A stretch of DNA of 62,251 nt, filler included, from Sphacelaria rigidula (GCA_964200075.2; 5 parts of 5 records of this genome joined end to end with filler, not necessarily neighbours in it), one strand, 5' to 3'. Positions 11,466 through 24,844 are shown, counted from the first letter of the whole stretch. Made by a program: numbers and translations. The notes: generated from the sequence alone by a model not told the origin.

Positions 11466-12372
11466 CAACCTTCGCACCACCGGGGCGTAGAAACGTACTT
11501 GACTTGACTATCGTGCGCAGTCCGTATCCAGCATTGACTGTACACTACTGGGTCGATGTTCAAAGATGAGAAGAGGCTGATCGACTCCAACTTAATAACG
11601 TAGCTGTCTCGTGCTCCCGGACGGCACAACCCCGATAAAAGGACTATATCAGCATCAACTATGCTGGCTACCTATTGTTGGCCGTCGTGCTTTTGTTTTC
11701 TCGTGTCGATCGGTGCCGTACAGACAGTACTCACGCGATGCCCACCGCCTGGCCAGGGTTGGCGCATCTTGCGGTGAAGATACAGTCGGTGCCGCCCCAG
11801 AAATTATTTCGAGGTGCAATGGCGAAGACGACCAAGCACTGTACACACCGAACGTAGGACAGCTAACATGAACATGTATTTCTCTTGCGTGTGCGACCCC
11901 GTGTGCTAGAGCACCGCTCCCTTTCGCAGGTGTACCGTAAGCTTGCTTCACGGTGACGTGGTGCTTGTGACAATATCATCGACATACTGTACTGTTCTGG
12001 GCTGTAGCCGGCTGGCGGAGGGAAATAAAGCCAAGACCGGGTCTCGGCATTAAAAACCCAAGACAATCCAACCTTGTTGATCTCTCTGCGGTACATGGGG
12101 CTTGAGTAGCGCACGTGTGTACTCCAACACAGAAATGCCGAGTTGACCCTTATGGGACCCTCTCCTCCTGTCCCCGGGCCACACGCCTCATGATGAGAAG
12201 CCCTGACCACGAGGAAAGGATGGGATCAGAAAAGGCCGACGGCAACCATTTTATAATGGAAGACCGAAGAAGAACCCAGTAGCACACGCGGCGGGTGCAG
12301 GAAAAAATGTCCTCCCCCCACAGGTCGGGTGAGGTTTGTCCAATCATACCACGCAACGGATGAAGTGCGTCC

Positions 12373-12472
12373 NNNNNNNNNNNNNNNNNNNNNNNNNNNN
12401 NNNNNNNNNNNNNNNNTTAATTAATTAANNNNNNNNNNNNNNNNNNNNNNNNNNNNNNNNNNNNNNNNNNNN
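12373..12472. other. Artificial scaffold linker
   Basis: N44-TTAATTAATTAA-N44, with stop codons in all six frames. Confidence 0.97.
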
Positions 12473-15170
12473 AGCAGGGGAGACAGTACACATCCTTGTC
12501 GCAGTCCCTGTGTGACTTCACACCACTCCGAGAGCTCCCCGTCGTCCGTGCGTACGCGGGCCTGCATACCGTCGTGGAATTGGCGGATAACTGCTATCAT
12601 TTCATCCGGAATACCAGCTCGGGCCAGTACCTGCCACAGAAGCTCTCGGTCGACCGAGTCATATGACTTCTGGAGGTCGACGAAGCACATGTATAGCGGT
12701 ATTTTTCGCCGCCGTCCCAGCTCCTGGAGTCGGCGCACTACGAACAGCATGTCGACGGTGGATCGGTCAGGTCGGAAGCCGCATTGTTCCTCCGGTAATA
12801 TCCCGTGCGTTACGCACTAGCCGCTGAGGCGGTTAGCCACTATCTTCAGGAGCACTTTCCTTGCGTGCGATACCAGAGAGATCCCCCTGTAGTTATTGCA
12901 GTTGGACCGGTCCGATTTCTTGTACAGCACCTTGATGGTTTCATCTTCCCACTTCTACGGGACCTCCCTTCCGTCCCACACCTCGACGATAATGGTGTGG
13001 AAGCGTTCGAGGACGATGGGCTCGTCGCGGCCGTCGATCTTGAGTAGTTCCACAGGGAGGGAGTCGTGTCCTGGCGCTTTCCAGATGTGCATCCCCCGGA
13101 CTGCTCGTCTGGTTTCCTTCAGTGTTGGTGCTGCCCCGAGCGGTACTGAATCCTCGGTGGTTGACGCTGCCGGTCGCTGCTTCACCTCCTCGATGATGGC
13201 TGGGTTCAGCGTGGGTGATTTAGCGTTGAGCAGGGTGCGGAAAACTCTCGCCCACCGTTTAAGGATGGCAATTTTGTTCCTCAGTTGGACGCTGTTCTCG
13301 TCCTTTATGAACTGCTGCCCCCCCGATTGTCTGCCACCAAGACCCACCGATCTCTTGAGGTGTTTGTACAGGCCTCTCATGTCGCGATCCTTGTAGATAA
13401 CTTCTAGCCTTGCCACATACCTCTCCAGATGTGCATAGATGCCGCCATCGGTTGCTGTACGCACGTTCTTACACGCGGCTCTGAGCGCTTTCCACGATGC
13501 TGGGGTCCGGTGATGCTTCATCAGTTGGCGTGCCTCCCGTCTTTCGGCGAGCGCTGCTTCCACTGTTGCTCTCGTGCCGGGGTTTTCACACCATTCCGGC
13601 ATACGTGGTATCCGTGCCTCTTCCGGGAGAACTGTCTGCGCTGCTTCGAGGATAGCTTCGTTGAACACCTTCGTGGCCGCCGGTGCGGTGGTGGTTGGTT
13701 GGTATTTTTGCTCGGCAAGGTTATGCAGGAACCTCTCGGTCACGTGGCACCTTGCCATTTCAGTCTGCAGCTGCTATCGACTGAATTGCCGCTGCTGCGA
13801 CTTGGTGCGTAGTTGGCGGTTGTGGGCAATGCGGCCACCGAGGTCGACAGTGGCCACCACCATGTTGTGGTCCGAGTCCGCTTTAACCGGGGGTGCGGGT
13901 ATGGGGTGTACGACTACGTTGCGCACTCTACCTCGGTGTGCCTGCCGGGTAAGAATGTAGTCTATACGCTTGAAATCGCTCGTGCGATTCCCCACAACAC
14001 CGTTGTATGTGTGCGAGATTCCGCCTTTGCGTGTGCTAAAGAAAGTGTTCGTGATGGCTAGTTTGTTCTCGGTTGCGAAAGTTAGCAAAAGTTTGCCGTT
14101 ATCTTTCAGCTCATCACGTCCATAGGCGCCTAGGACCCCTTCGTCCTCCAAGACCTATCCTACTTTGTCCCCCGTCCGCGCGTTGGCATCCATCAAAACA
14201 TACACACATTCCTTCGACGGGATTCGCTGTACCAGATCGCCATGCCCATCTCAGAACGATTGTTTCGTTTCGTTCTTGGCGACTTCAGTTGGTGCATACG
14301 CTGCTACGAAATTGATCGCTCCGCGCTGTCCCGACATTTCAAACCGCATTGCCATGAGACGTTCGTCAACGTACTCAGTGGTATAGGTGTCGTTATTGCA
14401 AAACCACTCTTTCACGGCTATACCCACACCGTGTTGCCCACCTGACTCGCTTCCACAGCAGAAGACTCTGAACCCTGCTGCTGTACACTCTGTTCGCCCC
14501 GCCCTCCGTGTCTCATGTAGTCCTACCACCGAGATGTCAAGTATCGCGGCCTCGTACAAGACGCTGTAGTCTCGCCCCCATCCGTTGGCCTCTTTCACAG
14601 CTAGAGTTCTGACATTGTAAGTGGCCACCTTAACAAGTCGACTCCGCTCTCTCGGCCGGGCTACTCGTGCTGTTTTCCTAGCACGCATCCGCCTCGCCCG
14701 GTCCCTCCTCCTCCTTTTCCTGCTCTTGTTTATTTGCTTGATTTTTATCGCGGTTTGGACTCTCTGGCTATTGCTAGCCCGGTGCTCGCATTTTTTCACA
14801 GGCAAGTGCAACTCTCCTGCTCTGTCCGACTCTACTCCTCCCTTGCTCCTGGTGTGCGTACCCACGCGATGTGCAGCCCCCCCATTCCTGTCTAGGCTGT
14901 CCCCACTGCGCTCTCCGCTGCTGCATAGCCCTGGTGTCCAGACCGGTGCTCTAGCGTTTAGCTTCATGCCGCCGTTAAGTTGTTCCGAAACGAAGAACAC
15001 GCCACTCTTGTGATCGTGGTGCCTCTTATCTTCCTAACCTAGTCTCCCCGTCGATACAAGGTTCGGAATCGTGTCTCCACCGTCGTTGAATGATCTTTGG
15101 ATGGTGGTCTAAGATCACAGGCGGACTTCTGCCCACCCCAGTATGGGCAGTCGGGGGAAGGGGGTAGTAT
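12473..15170 (-). mobile_element. Decayed non-LTR retrotransposon (APE endonuclease + RT; RTE-like LINE), 3' part cut by scaffold end
   Basis: EN motifs: TYNVRTL, GLHETRR, GVGIAV, AYAPT, NTFF, RIDYIL, SDHNMV. RT motifs: [44 protein letters not shown]. Several in-frame stops. The 5' boundary is approximate. Confidence 0.93.
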
Positions 15171-16351
15171 CTGGAAAAATTAGTGCGATATGAGTTACAC
15201 TGTGTCTCACGACCCCTGGATCTCCTATCGCCCCAAACTCAGAGCCCCCGTCGACACGATGCTCGAGCTCGTGTCCCTTACCTTTCCCTACAATGCGGTG
15301 GACCTATCTGATAGGCAAAAAGAAGTTCGATCGCACTTTTTCGATCGAAAAAAAAGGGCTAAGACATTCCCTTAGTGCAAGTTAGTGCAGGGTTCTCTAG
15401 ATGCGGGTCCCACTCTGTGCGCATCGGTCTTGAAACACACATTCTCGCCTGTTGTACATGAAATATGTTGTTTGTTGCTATATGTTCGACACTGCGTACC
15501 AACCGCAACGTTACGCCTTCGGTGGTACTACCTGCTCACTGCACAGCGGCAGGATGCAGGGTGACAAAGCACACTACAGAACGCCACATCCTCAGCCTAC
15601 CCCTGTGCTGCATTGATTTCGCGCTGCCTATGCAGTTTGCCACATCATGCACGCTACCGCTTGTATCTGCGGTCAATGCGCATGCGGGAAAAAAAACTCA
15701 CAGCGCACAGAAACCCCCTCGCCGCAGAAAACATTGATATCTGTGGAATTCGCGCCCGTAACCGCAGGGTTATGCAAGACTGGAAGCTTTACCCTTTTTC
15801 GTTGCACGCACGCGCCACCTTTCATCGAATACTGGACGGATTTCCGTCAAACAAAGGCTGTCGGGTGTGGATGATGAGGTATCGCTTGAATGATGCGCGT
15901 GAGTGGTGGGTGTCTGTGCGTGTTTTTTCAAGGCTGTATGAGTAGGTGTTGTGCTCCCTGGTTGTATCTTGTCGGCAGCATTACACAGACCTTGGACCTG
16001 CTTAGACCAATAACCACTTCCACACCCGCCACATTTCTCAACCTGAGTGCAGATCTGGGTTCCAAATTTTTTTATTTGAATTTGAGCGCCACTTGTACAA
16101 ACTGCAAACCCACCCGCGCGCAACGGTGGAAAGAAGGATCCACCCCAACCTGAAATCTGGAGCCCACGCAGCAGATTTGGACGACGAGAAATTTTGCAGC
16201 GCCTCTACTGTCCACAAGCGCCCACCCCACTTCTGTGCTCACGGGAACACCGCATGCAGCACTACAACTGTCCATGCATTCTCCAGCGCACATCACACCA
16301 TGTTCATCGTAAAGTGTTCAAATGCACAATAGCACAGCGACAACTACAGCA

Positions 16352-16788
16352 TAGAACACGGGATCTTACAAATTGGGGATGGATCTTTTATTGGGGATGA
16401 GAAACCCGGCGGACTAAAATCTTCCTATCCAGACCAAATCTTCGAAATACGGTTCCACCTCTTCGCCTACTGATAGCTATTGACAACTGCTACACGCCAT
16501 AGAAATTTGGATTTTGATCACCGAAAGTTTGGGATCCTAGGCGAAAAACCGATTTGGGAGAATTCCGGGTGTCCGAACGGACGCCAAAATGGTTCCGAAA
16601 TTGGTTTTCACCTACGAACCCGACATTTCGGTGATCGAAATCAAAACTTCTGTGGCGTGTAGCAGTTGTCAATAGATATCAGTAGGTGAAGAAATGAAAC
16701 AATATTTCGAAGATAGGAAGATTTGAATCCGCCGGGTTTCTCATCCCCAATAAAAGATTCATCCCCAATTTGTAAGATCGCGTGTTTA
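16352..16788. mobile_element. Foldback/MITE-like ~435-bp palindromic element, copy 2 (complete)
   Basis: The left AACACGGGATCTTACAAATTGGGGATG..GGGGATGAGAAACCCGGCGGA pairs with the right TCCGCCGGGTTTCTCATCCCC..CATCCCCAATTTGTAAGATCGCGTGTT. Arms pair over about 200 nt, with the centre near 16570. Confidence 0.85.
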
Positions 16789-17539
16789 ATAGAAATAATG
16801 GGTGTGGGGAGCGCCCCGTTTGAAATCAGGCGAAGAACTAAAACACGGGATGTGTCTAACTGTACTGCAGCACAAACACACTCACTTCCGCTCACATGTG
16901 CTGTAGTTATCATTGTTCTGGGGTGTGTTTAGACCTTGCGAAGACGGTTTGGTCCCCGCTGAGATTGCTTCATGTGCTGTATTGTTGTGTTCGTCTCTCT
17001 GTAACATATAGTATCAGTCAGAAATCAGTGCTGTCTACACAATTGACTGTTGAAAATTTCATGTTACCCGGACCCATCACTTGCGCGATTCCGAACACGG
17101 CTAGGTAAAGGCACACAACCAGCACCAGTATACACCGCTCGACCGGCTGCGCCAGACCCCATGTGTTCCAATTAAAGGAGCGACGCACAGCACAGTGCGA
17201 ATATACTGCACCGCCGGGATACTGCTTGCACCCGTCAGCATGACGGCTGCTGCCGTTGGCATTGGCGCCAGCGCTCGCGGCCACAGCAAGATTGATTTAG
17301 CAACAAGAGAAGCTGATGCCTACTGTATACAGTCCATCCTCAGGTTCCGAGACTAAAAAAACTGCAGGACTGCCATGTTGTCTTGTGTTCTATGTAGTAC
17401 TCTGCACTCCGTACACCACTGCACACTTATCTCGTTTTCAGTGTACTACCCTGTACTTCATATCATGACGCCAAGGTTCAAGCAGTTCGTCGAAAAGTTC
17501 TCCTTGTTTTTTCAAAAGTTCTCGTTTAATTGAAAGTAT

Positions 17540-18012
17540 TCCGAAAAAACGAGTGTTTTCTGTCACAGAAATCTAATGCCGAATCTGGAATAGCCCGAGA
17601 CAGCAACCAAATAGAAATTTGGAACAGTTTTATAGATGCCTTGCGGGATCGGATGATCAGCGGTACGGTAGCTCCCTTGCGGGATTGGATCATACACCAT
17701 CATTGTAGTACAAGTTATCCGCTGTCTGCTGTGCGGTCTGTATGTACAGTAGGTTCTAAAAAGTTCCAACACTGTGGGGCTTCTGTGTTGTGTTCAGTGT
17801 AAAACTCTGTACTGCTATGAATACTGTGGGACTTCTGTATTTTAACACTAAGGATTAAAGCATGTGGGAGGGGTCACGTTTGGGGCAGGTTCTTGAAAAG
17901 TTCTGATTGGTTGTGAAAATATATTCTGAAAAAACGGAACACTTTTCTGTCACAGAAATCCAATGCCGAATCTCAAATGGCCTGAGACAACAACCAATTT
18001 GAAAATTGGAAC
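17540..18012 (+). repeat. Pair of diverged ~85-bp direct repeats
   Basis: TTTTCTGTCACAGAAATCYAATGCCGAATCT...GAGACA.CAACCAA...TTGGAACA at ~17545-17626 and ~17930-18013. Confidence 0.6.
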
Positions 18013-18987
18013 ACTCGTACAGCTCACGACTCTAAATCTAAACGTCTTCCTCAACGCCATTCGTGATCACCCTCCTTGGACCACTAGGGTAGGTGGTCTG
18101 CACAAATCCGCATCACTATTCTTGACACTCAGACATGTAAGTGTTTCATCCATTACTTGAACACATGAAAACAACGTGTTTCTCTTGAAACATCATCCTC
18201 AGCCGAATGCCTTAGACTTGCAATCTCGTGAAAATGTTGTGTGAAGCGTTCCCGAAACTCATTAGTATGATGAGCAGATGAAGTAATGACACACAAACAT
18301 ACACACGCACACAGTTGTTGCATCGACCAAAACAAGGAACAAGCGAGTGATGCCGCGATGCCCCCCTCCAGAAAAGGCCAAATAAGTATCGCCGTCGAAA
18401 TGGTCATACAGCGCACTGAGATGATGGGTGGTTTCAAAAGCCACTTTCTTGAAATTTAATTTGAAAAATAATAGCATACCTAGCTTCAGAAACCGGGTCT
18501 CCAGACAACTGACATGTAGAACTGTCACGAGAGGCGGACAGTATACACCGCCATCATCGCGAGCAAGAACACATGCACGATAGTACAACAAAACCAACGC
18601 CCGCCAACAACACGAGAGTCCGAGGATACGCAGACACTACTTTAGTGAAGTCGCACAATCCAGGATTTTCTCACACCATACCCAACAGTGGACAGCGACT
18701 TTGTCGTACATACAAAAATTCGGCTTCGCGGTCGACGAGGAAAACGGACTGCTGAACCCCTCTCGCTATAAAAAAAGGGCAAGCACCGCAGAAGGAAGGT
18801 GGAGTACTTAAGCAAGATGAAGAAATCCAACAGCCTTGTGTTGACCTTCCTCCTGTGTGACCCCGGCTAATGCGCCCACATATACCGAAAGGTGTACACT
18901 GGCGTCCAGAATAGATGGCATGACAACACAACATACACTTGGGTGCAACACTCGTCCAATCCCCACATGGTGGAATTTTGAGGGTGC

Positions 18988-21900
18988 CTAAAATCGCATA
19001 CTCGTGTACTTCGAACCGCCGACCTTCCGACGAGAAACGTCCTTTTTGGGGGGTGTCAACCGACGGTTCGCCGTCTTCTTTTTTCGGTCCACAAACCGCG
19101 GCCTCTCCGAATTGTCTCTGCTCTTCAGCTGCAGCGCCATCATCGCGGAAAACGCGCGCCGAAGGTGGTCGGCAGCGGCGAGGCCGTCGGGAGTCCTTTC
19201 CAATACCTACGCAAAAGGTAATATCATCGCGTGGGCACAGTGAGACGGTCATATCAGGGTAGACCAAGCATGCATTGCGATCGTGTTCGGTGTTGCTCAC
19301 CTTTTCAGCGCGGCTATGCCCCTCTCATTCTTCTGCTCGTCATACATGTTACCCCTTCCTCTTCTACCAGCACAAGTCCCGTAGTCGCAAGGAATCCACG
19401 CATCTCCTGGTACCTTCCTCGCAATTCCTTATCGAGAAATCGATCAGCATTATCGCAGCTCCTCAACCTCCATCTATTCTTGTTAGAAACTTATTACCCT
19501 GCGCTTTTTACGAGCTGAATCCAGTCAAGTGTGCCAATACTGTCGGGATTCAAACCGACTGCTACTATTACACCGAAAAAACTGATCGAGTACATGCCGG
19601 TATGATCGCCGGGGCGCGGAGGTATCGATTCGACTTGATTGATTGCTTGTATATTGAGTCATCCGCCCCGAATCAAGCCAGATGTAGTCACATGACCGAC
19701 TTCCTCAAAGTCCATACACGGAGACACTCGCTGAAGGGAACTCCAGAAACGGGAAACATGATAAAGGCATCGTTTGGATTATTATATCCGAAACAGCAAC
19801 AACAACAATAACAACAACAACAACAACAACAACAGCAGCAGCAGCAACATATCCCCTACAACACGACGAAACATGTCAGTGCTCTGTCTCCACGATACCC
19901 GACAGGTCATTATACAATGTACCTACGCCACCACCGCACGATCAATATATCCCCTATCCCGTTGTTGTGCGTGCAACTAGTGCAACTGACTCTTGGATAC
20001 GAACCTGCCGCCGCACTATCCACCCACCCACCCACCCACCTCAAGAGTATACGCAACGCTTTCCAAGGTAGAGATGCACTCCTCAGATGGCTCCTTCCGG
20101 AACCCGTAGCCGCTGCTTCCGGCGGAACGAAATTTCACCGCGCGGCAGAAAAACTTCGTGTCACCTTGTTCGGCGAACTCGCCTGATGAGAAACCGTCCC
20201 CTACGGCAACTTGCAGATCAACGCCGGTCTCTGACGTTTCTTCAGCACCGCTGCTTCCACCACTGATTTCATCCTCCTCGGGCAGCAGCCAAGGCTTTCT
20301 CACGACGAACTTATCGGTGAGGCATGGATACCTTCCCAAGATCTGTTTGGCCTGCGACCAAGTTCCATCGATCAGAACTACAACATTCGGGGCCGACGAG
20401 CGCGAGAGCGGCGATGACGGCCACGAAGAGGACGAGGCGACCGCTGAATTGGTTTCCCCCCCGCCGAGTTTCGGGTATGCGGCGTCCGCAAAGTTGGGTT
20501 TACCGTACTCACTCCGTTGTGTCGTCGCTGCGTCCGCAAGGCGAGCGGAGGCAATGTCCTGCTCGAAGGACGGTACGAGCATGGTTGCAAAGATTGAGAG
20601 AAAAAAAAAAAAAAAATCATGTGGTACACTTGAGCTCCTTTGATGGAAGAGGAGATGCACGCCGATGCTTGAGGGGGATCTCTCTCTCCATCTCTCTCTC
20701 CTCTCTTCCTTTCTCTCCGCTCCTCGACCTTTCCCCCCCCCGTGCTCGTGATAGCCCGCACTCTGTCGAGCGTGCATCCCCTTTCCTACCGTTTTCTCAG
20801 CTGCATCATCTTGGCTCGGTACCCTTTACTTTCGTAAGAGTCTGTCGTTTGCTTGAATACATGGAGAGCGTTGCGTTTGCGTGTGAAAAGCGATAGTCCA
20901 ACGACGACAATGGTTAAAAACCATTTTGTTGGAAATAACTGACGAATGTGCTGTCTTGCACACACCCTGCAGTGCAATAATTACGTTTCTTGGATTAGGG
21001 GTGCATTTACGGAAAATACTGAAAAAAATCGCCCCCGAATAGAAGAGTAAAACAGCATCACATTCATGTGCATGTGAATGCTTTGCGTGTTCGTTTTCAT
21101 TCACCTCAATAAACTCCGCCTCGGCGCAGGGAAACAACAACAGCGGAATCGCGCCCGACGATGGAAACGCAGAATCAGTGTCATCATCTTTCCCTGAGCC
21201 CAGACCCAGAATGTCGTGCAAGTCGTCTTCCGTCGGCTGAAGACCGCCTACGTGCATAACCATGCGTCGGCAGTTGCTCAGACATTGAAGGATAAGCGGC
21301 ACCGTCCCTGTGATTCGTCTTGCGCGAGAGTGGTCACGTAGCGGACATTTGGGTGGCCGAGTTGGAACGCAAAAACGGACAACAACCGCGGCAGTTTCAG
21401 TTCCGCTCTTATGGGATAGGCGACAACCATGCGAACACGTGTGCTCGTGAGCAGCACGATTTTCATTGTGCTGGCCACTCATTGACAGCGAGACGCCAGT
21501 TTCCACCGATCACCCGCAGATCGACCACCGGCAATGTGTGAGAAAAAGACGTCATGGTGAAACGAGAGACACGAGTCAGGGGTTCTGTTCCATGATGTAC
21601 ACGGCATGCTGACATTGATTGCGGCAAGTGCTGACAAACAGAGAAGGCATACTCAGCTACGATATATTGTCGGTACTACCGGGGTTCAAGGTTGGCCAGC
21701 GATAATCATTTCCGAAAGAAGGCCTGGAGCTCACGGTGTCAAAAAAGCGGGTGAAAATCAAAATTACGCTCACCCGCCCAGTAGTGTGCATACAAGAAAA
21801 ACGAATACGCACAGGTGCCTTCCTCACCTTTTGTGTTCCGCCGGGTGCTGCAAGATGACGAATCTAATAGCCGTAGGAAGTGGCTCGGGGGGCAGCGATG

Positions 21901-22890
21901 AACACAAACATACCTTGCGCGGGAATAATGGGAATCGCCGGGAAAAAGCGAAGGGGGCGACAGCGATCGTACAGCGTTAGCGAAAATGGGGGGGGGGGGT
22001 ATCCAGGAAACTGATTGAAATTGCGCCGATCCTGGTTGCACGTTGTACTGTAAACCTCACCTTAGCCCGAAGGTCAACTGCTTGTTGACGACCAAGACCA
22101 GGAAATTTTGAGTTACCTCGTCCAAAACAAGTCGGAAAACAAATGTTCAACAATGTTCGGCATAGGACAAGCCAACTTGGAAAGCAATTTGCTCGTGGTT
22201 CGCGAACGTTCACAGCGTTACCGTTCCCACATGTCTCGGTCTCAATATAACGCCAGCAATCTCTACCGCCGAGAATCTATACTCCCACCGTTAGTCCCAC
22301 GAGTACACACGAGGTGGTCGCAAGACGCTTGCGGCCACAGCTAGCTCACAGTGTCATTCTTACGCGACTTCAATACATGCAACACGTGCAGAAGAGAAAA
22401 AAATAACACCAACGACTGTCTGTACCGCACGTACAATGGCAGCCCACACGGGTTAACAAAATAGGCGAAGGAAAAACACGAGCACGGACAACCAGGAAAC
22501 AATTCATCCACCTCGCACGTTTCGAGGCCGCCTGCATCCAGCGCACACATCCCTCCTGCCGCTGCCGTCGTTGACGGCCCAAACTTGTCGCTTTCTCGAG
22601 AGGTAACTCTCGACTGCTGCTGAGGCCACTAACGACGACGCCGTCTTGGCTTCGCTCGCGCCCTCTCCTGCTGTTGTTGATGCGGCCTCCACTGTCGACA
22701 AAGCACGCAGGGCTGCGACCTTGCCCTTTCGGTGACGTCTACAACGACCGCTCGTACTGCTGGCTCCAGGTTCGATGTCCGCAGCGACGGACACGCTGCG
22801 CCGTGCGATCAAAGATGGTCGGCGCGGCTGTAGTAGTAACCCCAGCCCGCGGGTTCTCCTTCGATCGCCGGCAATCGATCTTTCGGTCAA
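18988..22890 (-). CDS. DTWD2: DTW-domain tRNA-uridine aminocarboxypropyltransferase (DTWD2/TapT-like); start codon unresolved
   Basis: Exons ~22890-22519, 21913-21828, 21318-21105, 20558-20040, 19206-18988, GT-AG and phase-consistent. Motifs: RRDVCAGCRRPRN-VCLCSSLP, ILQHPAE, TGTVPL, LLLFP, VLIDGTWSQAK, YGFRKEP..CISTLESVAYTL, AFSAMMALQ. Confidence 0.88.
19795..19848 (+). repeat. (CAA)n/(CAG)n microsatellite in DTWD2 intron
   Basis: CAACAACAACAATAACAACAAC...AGCAGCAGCAGCAAC. Confidence 0.9.
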
Positions 22891-24665
22891 AGCGCAGAAG
22901 ATGTGGAAATTCAGACATCGTTGGCAGATGTTGGCATGCTGTATGGATTATGCTGTGCACAGGACACTTTCGGGGCCTGTGTGTCGTCGAACCCACCGCA
23001 TGTGGGGGTAGTGTTGGTCAACGAGCGCTAGGGAGACTGTTCGAGGGCTTGTGTGATCAAGGAGGGGAGGCGGAGGTGCGCATTTGGACGTGTAATGCTT
23101 TTTGGAAGGTAGTTCGATTAGTACATGCGATACCTGCGAAGAACATGTGCACAGTACAATACGGTGGCATCGGCTCCTCCCCCACCGACCAGAGTAGCTA
23201 CTCCATCATGTCGAGGCACCAAACGTACAGTTGGAAGTTAAACAACTATTCCGAAAATGACAGTACCGACACCGCGCAGGTACTGCAGGCGGGTGGTGGT
23301 CGCATATGCGGAAGACCACTGCCATAATAGCGCGCTTTACCCCATTCATGGCCACCCCATAGTATGAGTTCAGATAAGACCAATGGAACACCACAAGTGG
23401 ACTGGGCTCTTCACCTTTTTGGGCGGGGTAAACATGATCTTGGATCCGCTCAAAACGGGCTTCATATTTCGTGTCACCTCGAATCGTACCATAAAACATC
23501 TTCGCATTTGTACTTGCAATCTCGATGTACTTGCTGTGGCACTGCCCGTGTAGGAGAACTCACGTGCGATAAAACATACCGGTGTTGATGGTGTCCGGCA
23601 ATGACGATAGGCGGGGTTTTCCCGCACGACCGATTACGGTCGGTGTCGGTCGTAGTTGATGGCCATATCTGACGGCTGTTCCAGTGAAGACTCGGATTAC
23701 AGTGAGACTCAGTCCCACCGGAAGGATCATCACGACGAAGTACTGGGAATAGACTAGGAGACAACACTGGACGCAGTCATAGGAACCTTGACCAACCTTC
23801 TGTACTATGTATTGCGATACTGACACAGATTGTATTGTTTTGCTGTAGCGCCGCAGCTCTTCGTCTTGGTAGATGATACTCGGTACTGTTGACCCCGTGC
23901 CAGCCCCGTGCCAATCTAAACTTTTGCCTGGTCCGAATTTCAGACCCGTGGTCATTGAGACTGAATAATCAAGGCAGGGACATGAAATACAGTATTTATT
24001 TCAAAGATACTTCAAATAGGGTAGAGCGAGTGCGAGTAATTTGAGGTACCGATACTCCAGATACTCGGGAATAAGCGGCACTTTTCGGTACGCGATCCTC
24101 CAGGCACTATGAAATGCTCCGTATTTTCTGCAAGCGACACTCCAGGTACTCTGACGAGATAATATCCAGTACATTCCGCAGTCGATATTGTTCAGGCAAG
24201 GTGCCCTGAAATAGTGAGAATGTTCGGCAGTCAATACTCCACGTACTACGGGATACTCAGCATTTTTCGGAAGTTGATACTTCAGAGTCATGCCTCTACG
24301 CCTGGGGTTGCATGTTTGGGCCCACATATTTCTCCCTCAGGTATAAGTTGGTTTTGGATGAGATAGAGGACTCCTAAAAATTCGAACCTTGGAACCATGT
24401 CACCCCCTCCTGTGGTAACACCGCTCTTCAGGTATAATGCAGTAGTCCTGAGTGCTGGAAAAAAAACCGTGGATACCGAATAAGACCCATGACTGTCGAC
24501 ACTGTTTTTCGGACATGTCCGAAACTGTCGGGACTGGAAAGATACCTGATAATTCTCGAATGCTTGCCAGCGCCACGGCGTTTTCACGGGGCAGCTCTCC
24601 GAAGAGCTGCGTTGCAGTCCGAATTTTTCGGAATTCTTGCAAAATGAAGCTTCGGAGAAAAAATC

Positions 24666-24844
24666 CAGGGATGGATATACGTGACACGTGACACAGCGTG
24701 ACACGTGACGTGAACGTTATGTTTTGGGCGTCACGTTACGTTCACGTTAAAGTTTTTGAACGTGATTAAAGTCACGTTCACGTTACGTTAAATTTTACGA
24801 ACGTGACACGCGCCACGTGTCACGTTACGTTAAATTGCCCAAAC
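24666..24844. mobile_element. End of a hAT-like element with ACGT-rich subterminal repeats (cut by scaffold end)
   Basis: Begins CAGGGATGGA (similar to the Ac-type TIR), followed by dense GTGACACGTGACGTGAACGTTA repeats like those at 37812-39222. Confidence 0.55.

Noticed and set aside
11863..12372. 3' continuation of the LINE across the gap
   Set aside because: It lies on a different scaffold beyond an artificial linker and has no RT motifs. The ORF at 11863-12210 could not be assigned.
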